Assembly: GCA_051294905.1 (NCBI GenBank)
Contig: CM119372.1
Coordinates: 34,102,001-34,166,000 of the forward strand
Direction: 5' to 3'
From: Botryllus schlosseri
Taxonomy: Eukaryota
Length of the DNA: 64,000 nucleotides
The notes under the pieces were generated by a model. It searched no databases and was not told where the DNA came from. It saw only the letters and a program-made list of their open reading frames with translations. Shown piece after piece: positions 1 through 12,326 of the stretch (the stretch's first letter is position 1; every line of letters starts with the position of its first letter). Position numbers and translations under genes: made by a program.

Positions 1-1048
1 GGCAGCTTCCTGCCGGTCCGCCAAATGAACAATAATATTATATACCAGTTCCAAAACGCGAGAAGTTGTGCATTATTAAAGAAGTACGACTTCAAATTTT
101 AAATTGATTCAGGGTATTTCTGCATAGTGTCGTAATAGGGAGCTCATTGTCTACTTTGGTCGTACGTCACAATCAGGACCATAACCGCCGCACCCCAAAC
201 CCCCCAACAAATATCGCCTACATGTAGCGCGGAAAACGTATGTCACGGCGGGGGTAGGGGGTGTGGAGGGCCTAAGACCAACATTTTGGGGGGGGGGGGC
301 TGACGAAGTGCTGTTTCAGCGCTGGTCATAATGATACAAGTGTTGTGCGAAACTGTTTGAAAGTAGCCTACTACTTCGAACAAGTTACGGAGATTTTTTA
401 ACAAACTTCGTTAATTTCCGACAACGCAATCAAGCGACACTTCGCAGTATAATAAAATCTATAGGAGGGGTGGACAGACCTGCTTCATGTGCGAACCTCA
501 TAAAAAAATCTTAATTTTAAGAAAGCCACAACCACAACAAAAAAAATTCAAAAATACGAATTCATTTCGTCATACAGAAATGTGGGGTATCGAATGAAGT
601 TTACTATAGTGTGATGATATGGTGCGTCTCCATCTGGGCTGCAAGGTGTTTGAAATCAGGCTGATATGATGTTGAATCAGTGCGGAGCAATTCCTTCAAG
701 TTATAATAAGCATTTAAGGTAGATTTCAGCTCGGTAATCACAGTACTTCGTAAATCCGTCTTCGTTTCAAGTTACTAGTTTTGTAATTCTTAGGCGGATT
801 TTGATAGATAAGACACATTGGCTTATACCTTCATTATCACTGAATGCAAACTCTTCCTCTCATTCTGTTTTGCAAGGTTTATATTCCTGTTCATACTTTC
901 TTTTATTTTTGCAATTATCGCTCAACGACATTTTCTTGGTCAAACTCTGCAGTTATTGCTACCCTTTACAATGAAAATAGAAGATCCGTATTCACCATCT
1001 TTAGCCCAGAAATGATGTGAACTGCGCTGCCGTGGTTAACCGTTGAAC

Positions 1049-4021
1049 CATAGTGTCCTATATGGTATCGACACAAGCAAATCGCACGGTTCAATGAAAT
1101 TGTATCACGTCACAGTTTCCATTTGGCTACAGGCAATTTGACGGTGATTTTTGCCCGACTTGCCGAGCATTAAATTTGATGAAGCGGGTATCAATCGAAA
1201 GCTGACGCTGTACTGCTTGCGAAAATATAAATTTCATTCCACTCATGGCCCTGGAACCCCCACAATCTGCCCCAAATTATTCATTGTCTAGTAGATTGGC
1301 AGTGTGACGCAACAATGATGTCTGGCGAAACGAGAGACTAGCTCAAGAGCAAGGATGCGGCCGAGCGGCGAGAGTGGGATCAGCTGACGTCGCGGCAATA
1401 GCAATGTGCAACCGCGCCACAGAGAAACGCTGCGCTGTTGATACTTTTTCTATGCGTTCCGGTACAAGCGAGCACACACCAGCCTTTCCTTGACTTGTAA
1501 AGGTAGAACTGGGTCCACGGAATGTATTAGGGCCCTACCAATTTTCGCGCAATATCCTTCAGCTGATAGAGATATGTAGTCTACATTGGATATGTCAGAT
1601 TATTATGATATCGATTGCCTTAGCCCGCTTGTTGCGTAAGGCTCCAGAGCAGACTTGGACAACTAGATAATTCTAGTTGTCTAATTTCACTAAATTAGAG
1701 CGAAATGCCAGTAATCTAATTCTAATCTAATTTGTGAAATGTTTCCATGCTCTAATTCTAATTCTAATCTAATTTGTGAAATGTTCTTCTGCTCTAATTC
1801 TAATTCTAATCTAATTTGTGAAATGTCCCTATTCTCTAATTCTAGTTCTAATCTAATTATTGTTTTAATGAAAATGCCTCTTTGTCCGAGGCATATTGCA
1901 CTATTGCGCAGGGAAATCCAGTGCCAAGCCGCCATCGCCTTACTTACACCGTGCAGTCATAGTAGATATTATGACGAATAATAGCCTGCTAGAGTAGCTT
2001 GTAGTCTGCGAACAAAATTCTAGTTTTTAAAACTTTACGTTAGTACATCGCCGTTCTGACTAACATGGGCGATGTCCATGGTTATTATGAAGAAGTAATA
2101 TTGTATTGGTGTACAGAAGTTAATGGGAATGCACTGATGTTGTTGTTGTTGTTTATTGAACAAAAATATGTGGCGCTTATCGCGTGACGGCCTTTTGCAC
2201 CACGCACTGTGATTTGATATGAACTGGATTTTGCTGTGTTCATTTCCCATATACAATTTCATTCAATTTCCAATTTTTTGCGAACTAAGTAGCTCTAATT
2301 CTAATTCTAATCTAATTTGGAAAAAACTTAGTAGCTCTAATTCTAATTCTAATCTAATTTGGAAAAAGCTGTGGAGCTCTAATTCTAATTCTAATCTAAT
2401 TTGGAAAAACTGTGTAACTCTAATTCTAATTCTAGTCTAATTTGAAAAAAACTATGGAGCTCTAATTCTAATTCTAATCTAATTCAGAAAAGCTGAAAAT
2501 TTTCTAGTTGTCCAAGTCTGCTCCAGAGATGCGTGGCGCTGTTGATACTTTTTCTACGCGCTTCGCTAAAAGCGAGCACACACCAGCCTTTCCTTGACTT
2601 GTAATGGTGAACTGGGTCCACAGAATGTATTTGGTCCCTACCAATTTTCGCGCAATCCTTCAGCTGTTAGAGATATTTCTAGTAAGAAAAATATACTTTC
2701 AAGTAATAAGATTCACTCAAGACAGCAAATTTAGATAATGTAAATATATCATATTGTAGTAATACAACTACAGTGTTGAGTTTTCACTCTAGTCCCCATA
2801 AGCACCACGTCGGTGACCTTGCCAAATTCCGAGAAGGCGAAAAAGTGCAAACTCTGTTGGGCCGAATGGACAATGGACATTCAGTTATTCACAGATGCGA
2901 AAAAAATACTGCAAATCCGTTTTAGGTAAGTTACATTAGGAATATATATACAGACTACAGAATGAGTATAATTCAAATATCTGTGATACCACTGTATTAC
3001 TTTTGACGCAAAATATCCCCGGCATTCAAAAAAACTATTTGGTGATTGAAAAATGCTAAACCAAATTCCAACGTCAACGTTTATAGTGATATCAGATATA
3101 TTCCAATGAAAAACAAAGGTATGAATTTGGTGCTAACATTTTGGAATCATTTGGCAGGTATGGCCCGCAAGCTTTCTAGTAACGGATTGAATCCGGACAG
3201 CGATTCCAGTTTAATTCGACACTCCTGCTGTTAAACTTTATTCAACAATCAACATTTTACCTGCTGCATTCGCGGACCAAGTCCCACCCATACGGATCAA
3301 ATAAAAGCTTGTAATGTATGCTCATGCTCAATGCTCCTTGCTCACACTTAACCATAAAAGCGACTATAGAAAGTATCTACACCCGCCATCAACAGCGCGA
3401 CGTGTCTCTGGAGCCCTACGCAACAAGCGGGCTAAGGCAACCGATATAATAATAATCTGACATATCCAATGTAGATTACTTAGACGTAGCCTACATATCT
3501 TTATCAGCTGAAGGATATTGCGCGAAAATTGGTAGGGCCCTAATACATTCTGTGGACCCAGTTCTACCCTTACAAGTCAAGGAAAGGCTGGTGTGTGCTC
3601 GCTTGTACCGAAACGCATAGAAAAAGTATCAAAAGCGCAGCGTTTCTTTGTGGCGCGTTTGCACATCGCTATTGCCGCGACGTCAGCTGATCCCACTCTC
3701 GCCGCTCGGCCGCATCCTTGCTCTTGAGCTAGTCTCTCGTTTCGCCAGACCGCATTGTTGCGTCACACTGCCAATCTACTCGACAATGAATAATTGGGGG
3801 CTGATGGTGGGGGTTCCAGGGCCGCGAGCGGAATAAAATTTATATTTTCGTAATCAGTGCAGAGTCAGCTTTCGATTGATATCCGATTCATCAAATTTAA
3901 TGCTCGGCAAGCCGGTCAAAAATCACCGTCAAATTGCCTGTAGCCAAATGGAAACTGTGACGTGATACAATTTCATTGAACCGTGCGATTTGCTTGTGTC
4001 GACACCATATAGGACACTATG
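1049..4021. mobile_element. Non-autonomous foldback element with ~630-bp TIRs, P/Galileo-like
   Basis: Ends CATAGTGTCCTATATGG...CCATATAGGACACTATG; 7-bp direct repeat GTTGAAC at 1042-1048 and 4022-4028. Left arm 1049-~2547 (interrupted by a MITE) is the reverse complement of ~3388-4021. Internal direct duplication ~1431-1575 / ~2535-2676. No transposase ORF. Confidence 0.8.
1650..2520. mobile_element. hAT-type MITE (871 bp) nested in the foldback left arm; present in all three units
   Basis: 18-bp TIR CAGACTTGGACAACTAGA; 8-bp TSD CTCCAGAG (1642-1649, 2521-2528); subterminal arrays of CTCTAATTCTAATTCTAATCTAATT. Confidence 0.93.
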
Positions 4022-4339
4022 GTTGAACACAATGATTTATCATTGATTCATGAACATGACCACGACCATGCACCATTGGTGCGGGTGAAACGTTCATGTG
4101 GAGTCGATTTGAGCGTTCAATTGCAACTTTCTAACCCTGTATAGTCCCACCGTTCTCTCAATTTTACATGTGTTACATAAACTATAAGGAAAGACGACAC
4201 GAAAACCCTACAGATATCGTTAATACGTGATAGAATGCATAAATTTGATAATCAGGTTAAATCTCTCTAACAAAATGGCGAAACGCATGAGCATGTACAT
4301 TGTATACATTGTACAATCAATGAAGAGACGTAATCGAAG

Positions 4340-4385
4340 CCTAACATCCGCAAGCGTCTGGTGAGCCGCAGTTTGCCCATCCCTG
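4340..4385. mobile_element. Isolated hAT (Charlie/Buster-like) terminus
   Basis: GAGCCGCAGTTTGCCCATCCCTG followed by AGCTATAG (nnnTAnnn-type target); partner end not found. Confidence 0.45.
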
Positions 4386-4733
4386 AGCTATAGCAATCAT
4401 TAAAGTCGCATTTCTTTTAAAGGATACTGGACATTTACAATCAAGTTTGTGCTGTTCAACTTAGGGATACCATATGTCCTTAGCCGGACTTCGCGAGCTT
4501 CGTTAGCAGAAACTTCTATAGAATGATGTATGCCTTATAAATATCTGATTTTAAAGGGCAGCGTTAAATAAAGTTTTAAATATTACATTTGAGTTGCGTG
4601 CATTTGTTGTAATTAGATTTAGAGTTTGGGGCCCTAGGGGACGCGTAACACGGTTTGGAAAACCTTGTTCAACACCATTGTCTTTAGTACAACATTAAAA
4701 TAACGGGGCGCCCAAACAAGAATAGTCCTAGGG

Positions 4734-4835
4734 CAGTGGTTCCCAAGTGAGGGGGGGGGGGGGGAATTCCCCCCTTGGGGGAATTTTGAAATTTTTAGGG
4801 GGGAATCTGGTTTAAATTTCTTAGGGGAAATCTGG
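4734..4835. mobile_element. Isolated hAT Charlie/Buster-like left end
   Basis: CAGTGGTTCCCAA preceded by TCCTAGGG (nnnTAnnn), then GGGGGAATTCCCCCC-type subterminal motifs; partner end not found. Confidence 0.55.
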
Positions 4836-5483
4836 CTATGGCATTGTATTGGAAGATGCACTGGGTTCGCAAGGTTTTCAGAATTTTATGGTGTAGAACT
4901 GTTAAGTAGAAATTAGTTCTTTGCAATTGTATGTTTCTTTGGCGGATTTCAAGCTAGGTGTATATTTAAAAGCCTTCCGTAGATATTACACCCCCTGATA
5001 AAGTCGAGGCTCACGAGGCGATTTCGTTGTGTCAGCGACAGCCTCTCGACCAAATTGTTACTAGGCAGGAAAACGTCGAGCCGAATTCAGCACAAGGCCG
5101 CTAGTGAAATTGTTTAACTTTTTAAACCAACATATGAGCTAACGGGAAAAACATACCGTACCAAATTCATCGATTCAACTCAAGTCCATAGCAAGCGGAC
5201 TTGTTGATTTATTTTTCGTCAGCGGCTACCCGACCGGGCACACACAGGTCAAATTTGACTGTACTGACTGACTGGGGGTAGGGGGGGGGGGGTGCATGTA
5301 AAAGAGTATACGACACACTGATCATGTTTGTGTTCTGCTTTGCAAATCAGTTCGATTGATACTCTATTCTAATCGAAAGTAGCGGAAACGTTGATCACTA
5401 GTTGGGCCAGTTGTAGATGTACTAATGTTCTCGTTCATAATAGATAAAACCCAATTTTCTTGGTGACTCGTATTGCGGAAACG

Positions 5484-6978
5484 ATGCGTGTACTTTTAAT
5501 GACTCTTGTTTGGCTATTGCTTCATAACGCGGAATCGAGTGAAGTACCGGGAACGAAAGGCGCTGAAGATTCTGGATCACCGTCTGTCGACGGCAACGAC
5601 CCACAAAACAGTACATTACCTTCGAACAAAAAAGATGAAAAACTACCGCCTGGACATGCCAAAGGCAATAGCAGCAGTAAAATTAAACCTAAAAAGAATA
5701 ATGGTGACAAAGGTGGAATAAAGAATATGAAAGTCCCCGGTGAGACAAGGCAAGTGTCGCTTCTGAGCAGTCACTCACGTTATGCGAAACACTGTCCGTC
5801 CCTGGCATTCGATTTGCGTCGATAAGAAAGGTTAATGGGGTCCCGGGAACCTTTATTTGTGTTGATCATCACGCCAGTGTCAACTTCTTTGTTTCATTCG
5901 ATGGGTAATGATTCACAAGGAGTTGACAATAGGCCATCTACAACAGCAAGCATGTAAAGTAGGCTACGAGGTGTAAAATGTCAAAGGATATGTCCACCGT
6001 CAATGCAACCTCTATAACACCAACGAAATTAAGTTTGCAAAATAAATTTGACTTTGTTAACAATTTTGACAATATTTTGACCTAACACTACAATTTTTAC
6101 AAAATTTTGACTTTTCAGCCACGTCAAAATATAACTGTCCTAGTTAACATGTATACGATTTAGATTTTAACAGCATTATTTCTCAGCAATATCTTTCCCT
6201 TGTTTTTTAGGTACCACAACTGTCCACCAGGATGGCGCAATTGCGTCCAGAAGTGAATCTGCCCACACAGGTAAAATATCCGCCTCTACTACGGAGTAAT
6301 GCGCAGCACTCCCATATTATGCATTGGAAGCATCATGTGAAGAACTTCCTCTTTACCTACGTCACAAACAGCTTAGCCTTAACTACCGCTTCCACCTCAG
6401 ACGCTACTAGGCCCACGAACCCCCACCAATAGAAGTTCTCGAAGGCACGTGGCATGAGATATACAGCATCATGAACCCAAAATTCAATACCCCCAACATG
6501 ACCAGGAATGCCACGTCTCCCAATAACCTCGTACTGGAAAGAAAATCGCATCCAGATTTCACGACATGGTTGATGCAATCACAAAACGTTGATCTAGACC
6601 TGACAAATATCATTAAAAAAGGCATCGCACCTCTGTCGCATAAACCCATAGTCCTGGACTTCATATTCGAACGCTATAACGAAGTCATTGAAATATACAC
6701 TTGACGGCTTTAAATCAACAGAAGGAGCCGGTTATGCGTTTACTATCCCGTCGCTGATGATAAACTTTTCTGAACCTTGTTCGATTTGTTGTAAATGGGT
6801 CTCCTTAAAAGCATCTTGGGAACCACTTCTAGGTGTTGAGTCCTTGATTTGGCACCTTTTCGTTAAGCATACATTAGGCAAATTTATGTTTGCCTACGAT
6901 AATTATCAAAAAATACACATTTATTTTGCAGAACTCATTGACCAATCCATGGAGGGGACGAAAATTTGCTGTGAATAA
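5484..6978 (+). CDS. Predicted 3-exon gene A, 120-aa secreted low-complexity protein (exons 5484-5739, 6211-6270, 6932-6978); may be a truncated pseudogene
   Basis: Signal-peptide-like MRVLLMTLVWLLLHNAES/S. Donors G|GTGAGA and CAG|GTAAAA; acceptors tgttttttag and ttattttgcag; both introns phase 1, giving ...KVP-GTTTVHQDGAIASRSESAHT-ELIDQSMEGTKICCE*. The copy-3 indel in exon 3 is in-frame (+GAT). Confidence 0.55.
6275..6770 (+). mobile_element. Degenerate non-LTR retrotransposon fragment (I/Nimb-type; RT C-terminus to RNase H start) in intron 2 of gene A; also ~27990-28485 and ~52820-53315
   Basis: Frameshifted translation IRLYYGVMRSTPI/ALEASCEELPLYLRHKQLSLNY...IEIYT/DGFKSTEGAGYAFTIP, resembling the RL..GAMRSTP..AL..E..ELPL.LR and IYTDGSK...G.G.AF motifs of I-group LINEs. 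Confidence 0.8.
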
Positions 6979-7328
6979 TCGGCATACGGGCAAAATCCAT
7001 TATTTTCTATAATTAAGTCGTGTCGGTGATTGTGTATAAGTATTTATTGCATTTCATAATTATTTCGATACGGAGAAACCTGATTATGGATTTGGTGCGA
7101 GTCTTATGCGTTATCTGAAAAGATAGCGAAGTAATTATTCAACGCTCATTTGTGTCTACTGCATACTGATAATTGACTGCTGTGTGATATTAAAGAGTGT
7201 TGCGCAGGCTTACGTGTTACGTGTGTGCTTGCTCAATATTTGCAAGAGGGTTCGAACCTCCGTTACTTAGCCCAGCTTGATCGTTACGCCAGAAACAGTA
7301 ATATCGATTCCAATCCCGATATCCACAC

Positions 7329-7835
7329 CAGTGATGAGCGGATAGTAATTTCTGAGAATCCGAATCCGTCTGACAGCTCGCGTATCTGAGGAACTATCAG
7401 TCCGAATCCGAACAATCTCATCCAAAAATCCATTCGAATCCGAACAATGTCGTCCAGAATACGAAAAGTCCGAATCGAATAACTTTTCCGAAGAATCCTG
7501 ATTGCACGACTGAGCCGAGATACGATTAGGGCGTAGTCTTCACAAAGGCTAAGGTTAGGGTTTGCTGATTTGTATGTGCTTGGACCATTTACAGAACAAC
7601 TTTAGAGTACTACCAGTCTTATCAGAACGTGTTTACTGTCCGTGTTTGGTTGTTCAGTTCAAATGACAAATCACGTCTGGTAAGAACTATTCGAAAATAT
7701 CCGAAGCAGAAGTTACAACTATCCACAAATATCCGAAACAAAATATGCAATAGAATGCGAATCCCATCAGACTGTCTCAAAATTGTGCGAAATCAGGCCG
7801 GAACCCTATCCGAGTCCGTCCGATGCTCATCACTG
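7329..7835. mobile_element. hAT-type MITE (507 bp); in all three units
   Basis: TIR CAGTGATGAGC; TSD ATCCACAC (7321-7328, 7836-7843); many ATCCGAA subterminal motifs. Confidence 0.92.
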
Positions 7836-7972
7836 ATCCACACATGCTTGAAATGCCAAGAGTGAACACTCATATTATGTCGTATCGATACGACGATTAT
7901 ACTTATTGCCAGATCTACATAGTTTATCTGACATGTACAAAGCAATACTACAAACGTGAAATATGTTATAGG

Positions 7973-9259
7973 CAGAGGTGGTCAAAGTAGTCAAGAAAGC
8001 TACTCAAGTAGAAGTAGAAGTAGCGACGAAAAAATCTACTCAAGTACGAGTAGAAGTACTTCTTCCATAAGCCACCTAAAACTACTTGAAGGAAAGCTAG
8101 AATTGACTGACGTTAAATTTACTCAAGTAAGTAAGTGGTTTTGAAAACAGTCTCAATTCGTTCGCACGGACTGTCAAATGCTGCAAATTGAGCTATGCGG
8201 AAGATGCAGAGAGATTGATTCGTATTGATGCATCCCAGGAGGTATCAATTTGCGACAGAAGAAGCATTCTTTAGCATCATGGGATGCAAATGATAGTAAT
8301 GATATGAAAATGCGATATTAACCTTGTTTACTAAGAGACACCATTTTAGAGAATATCATGGCATGGCGCCCTACATCATGTTATAAGGCCCCAAGTTTAG
8401 GCGAAGAGCAATACGTAGAAGTTGCATCGGATACGGTTTCAACATTTTGCGAGATTGGTATACAAATATTGTATGCAAATTAGTATACAAATATTGTGGA
8501 TCGTAAAATTTATATTTAGTGTAGCTTTATTTTCGGAAAATAGAGGCATTACTACACTTGCTTTTATGCTTCAACATGTATATTCTGCAGACAAAAGAAC
8601 TGAAAGTAATTAGAACTCAAAGTATGATACTCTGAGTATCATACTCGGAACTGCAATTGAAATACAAATACTTCAAACACTTCTAAAAAGCGGAAAATAT
8701 ATTTCATGTCTTTTGTTCATAAAGCTTCAAAGGTAGGTAATCTGCTAAAAAAGGCGTAGCGTTCCAAACAGCCAGAATTTCCAGATTAACAAGACACGTC
8801 ATGGGCTGCTAGATAACGATAGGTAATTGCTAAATTGCGAAACGGTGGTTTCAAACGCCATATTTACTGTGATGAAATATTTGATATGGGTGACGATGCA
8901 GTATGAGCGGAACCATAAGCAATCTGGTACCTAAATTATATTCATATATTTGGCATTCCATATACTGTGCGCGAAGCGCAATAATATTTCTGGGCTTTAC
9001 TTTACTTTTTTAATATTAAATGGTGGCCCTCCGTGAAACCAGCCCCGAAATTCCTCAGGCTATCTTTCGTATTGGGGGGTTAAACTACTTCTACTTGACA
9101 AACTGAAAATAGCGAAAAGTAAGTAAGTAGATCACAAAATATTACGAAGTAGTAATAGAAGTAGAGAAAATCATATCTACTTGAGTAAGTAGCAGAAGTA
9201 GAGGAAAACTACTTCAGTACTTCCAAAAAGTAGAAGTGCATCGTTACTGACCACCTCTG
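7973..9259. mobile_element. Non-autonomous hAT element (1287 bp); in all three units
   Basis: TIR CAGAGGTGGTCA; TSD GTTATAGG/ATTATAGG (one mismatch); AAGTAG/CTACTT subterminal repeats. Confidence 0.88.
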
Positions 9260-11663
9260 ATTATAGGCTACATGATGAAGAAAAGGATTAATTCAATTGT
9301 CCGAATTTTTCGCTGCTGATGGTGAAGATTAATTTTACGGAATGACAGTTTTAAAGTTGCAACCCTCTTACGGGCCGTGGTAATCTTTATTATTTATCTT
9401 GAGCTAATATGTTCACACCACACGTTAAGACTATCCATGAGTTTTCGAACGGTGAGCATCGGGCGGGCCACTAGTAATTACTTACTTAGTTAAAGCATGC
9501 TGTTTTGTCGCGACTTCCGGAAAATGTTGTCGCCACTCAAAAGTTATCTCACGCGTACCACAACTCAATAAAAAATTGGTAAGATACGCACGGTTCCCAA
9601 TTTGCATTTATTCACAGCGCGCAAAATTTATTCCTCTGCTTCTTAGCATTTGTACCGTGGGACTCAGATTGCAATTAATGAGCCATCCCGCGCGATCTTA
9701 GGACAAGGTTCTAACGCCGGCGATATTTCTGGGATCGCACTTCGTGTTGGCTAAGACATATCTGCCTTGGTGTGTCTTTTTAGCGCCGTAAAGCTGATAC
9801 CTAATAGTCCCGCAACCGCTGGCAGCACACGCATATAATTAGATTCAATTCTGAATATCGTGCGTTTCTTTATTCAGGCCTATTTTTTGATTTTTTGATT
9901 TATCAAGAGGCGGGCACGCTATAATTAACATACCACTGAAACCATATATCGCGCAAAGCGCGATGAAAAATTTCAAGTCGGATACATATGGTCAATAATA
10001 ATAAACCTATATTAAGTTTTGAAAAATGTTCAAAAATTATTGGGAGCACGGCCCCATTCTCCCAGTCCTGGCGACGCCAGTGCTATTGTATATATACATA
10101 GGCCTATGTATTAATACCGCTAACAGACTGTTTTGCGATATTAAAGAAAGCTCGGTGGATTTACATGCGTGCTCAATACTTGCAGGAGATTGTAAGACAC
10201 TAGTACATGTAGTGTTTTGAGGCAGAAACTGTATAATATCAACTGCAAATACATATAATTACACATTATTGAAATGATAATAACGCAACCCCTTCATAAG
10301 AAAACAAAAATCACAATTCGAGCTCATAACATTATGTCGCTTCGGTACGTCGATTATACTTCCTTCTAGATATACATAGCTAATCGGAGATAATCAGATA
10401 AGCATAAAACAGGAATACTAGCGACATACAATAATATACTAAATATGATCCAGAGACGGGTCAATACAATCATCGAGATTTTTGGTTTCTGATGGGAAAA
10501 AATGTTAGCGAATGACTTGTTGAACGTGACAACTCCCTATGTATGGGATCTGGTAGTCTATAAGGACGATTATACACTGCTTACGCCTCTATACCGACAA
10601 CAGCTCACCATCGCTTCTGAAATCAATAATGGTGACAATATCAGAACTTATTGCCAATGAGTTTACATCCCTGTCGGTATACATGCCAAGGCGATCACAC
10701 GAAGACGAAGACGGTCATTAAATCTGTTTGTTTGTTTGAGGTATTCATTGTGTTTGTCGACTACTTTGTACATTTACACCACGCCAATTTTCTTCATTTT
10801 TATTCCGTAGCTGCCGACTTGTAGCACTGCCCACTTCCAGGCTTTTCATAAGACACCGCTTACGCGGATAAGATGGCGAGGATGAGCCTGGATAAACCTC
10901 CAACACTTAGGTAATTAAATCTCTATTCGCAGTCGACTAGTCACGAAACATCTTAGGGTTCACGATTATAATAATTATTAATTGTAATCACTGGTTTGCC
11001 TGGAAAATAAGGATCACTTCGTGGAATAATTTTGAATTTCCTGAAGAGTTCAACCCAAGCATTGCTCACCGAGGACTGACCGGTATAGCTGCGGTACCGG
11101 CGGATAGAATATAATACTAATCTGTGTGCTGCGTAGGCCTGCGGAACGCGCATCCCCCAAACTGAAAAGAGAGTGGCCTCTCACTGTCTTCGAGCTTCAG
11201 ATCCATATTTTAGTCAGTCTGACGTGGAATGCATAGTGCGGACGCTATACAAAATGGTAAATGGTAAGCGAGTAACAAATTGTGCGAATCCCTGGTTTAG
11301 TTAAATGCCTTGAATGAGCTTGAACTCGCCCGGCAGCTACTTTCCACCATAACGTTGTAGCAAACTACAATGAATTGGCGAAGTATAAATGAAAATTAAT
11401 TTCAAGGTCAGTGGCCATATCGATGTTCATTACTCACCCTCAAGCGGAATGCTTCGGATCCGTGTTCAGACAGCACAATCGAAAACAGAATTCCCATTTG
11501 ATCAGGAATCCTAACTGGATTGGATCCGGATCTTCAATAACACGACCCTTGCTTGTGTAATTATAATTGAGTCACCGCGGTACGCCCGCGAAGCAATTTC
11601 AGGTTATGCTCGACTAATTCATAATTATTCACTTCGTTGCACGCATCTAGCCGTTGAAATATC

Positions 11664-11815
11664 GAGAGAGAGAGAGAGAGAGAGAGAATCTTTATTCGTA
11701 TACATTACATATCAACATAACACTACAAAAAATGTAACAGTGAAATGCGACATGCAAGGTAGACGGGAGGCTCGATATGACATAGTCTTCAGAGCCGAGC
11801 CACCCAGGACAGGAG
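11664..11815 (-). mobile_element. 3' end of a CR1/L2-group LINE with (TC)n tail
   Basis: Minus strand reads GGCTCG...CGAGCC stem-loop, a T-rich tract, AATAAAGAT, then a (TC)n microsatellite (GA repeat on +, ~11664-11687). Confidence 0.55.
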
Positions 11816-12326
11816 CAATTTTCACAGTCGATAACTAATGAAAATCGATGTTTATGTGAGTAACGTAAACTAGCGATAGTCTACACTACATACGCATTTG
11901 GGCTTTGGGCTTTCCCAAGACGATATAGCTCTTCAAAATAACTTGGCGTATTCGTAGCCATTACTGCGACGAGCTGATGTGGATCAGGTGGGAATGAACT
12001 GGTATTAAGTATATTTGACTTGTGGTCATCAACGTTTCGGGATGCGTGCTAAGGTAGGCCTACCCAATAAAATGGTTCTACCCGTCAGTCACTCGAGAAG
12101 GTTATCGAATATTTGCACCGAAGGTCTTTGTCCACTAAGCGTCAGTAAATAGTTTTTCGTTTTATGGCGGTAATTTTAATATGAAACTGTCGCTCTTTTC
12201 CGAAATGTAGCCTACATGGTTATCCCAAATCGAGAAAATCAATGCTTATTGACTGCACAACAAAACGGTATGTGAAACTTGACCTCAAGCTGTCGACAGG
12301 GCTGTTGAAATGAAGGCAATTGTTGA

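Noticed and set aside
1690..2440. ORFs with RLELELE / SNSNSNL repeats
   Set aside because: Translations of MITE subterminal repeats.
1690..2490. CRISPR-like appearance: ~26-bp CTCTAATTCTAATTCTAATCTAATTT repeats with variable spacers
   Set aside because: Spacers are only ~10-16 nt and related to each other, the repeats lie inside a TIR/TSD-bounded MITE, the context is eukaryotic and there are no cas genes.
5460..5825. 121-aa single-exon ORF as given in the track
   Set aside because: Starts at TTG; the likely start is ATG 5484, and a strong donor at 5740 suggests the tail is intronic.
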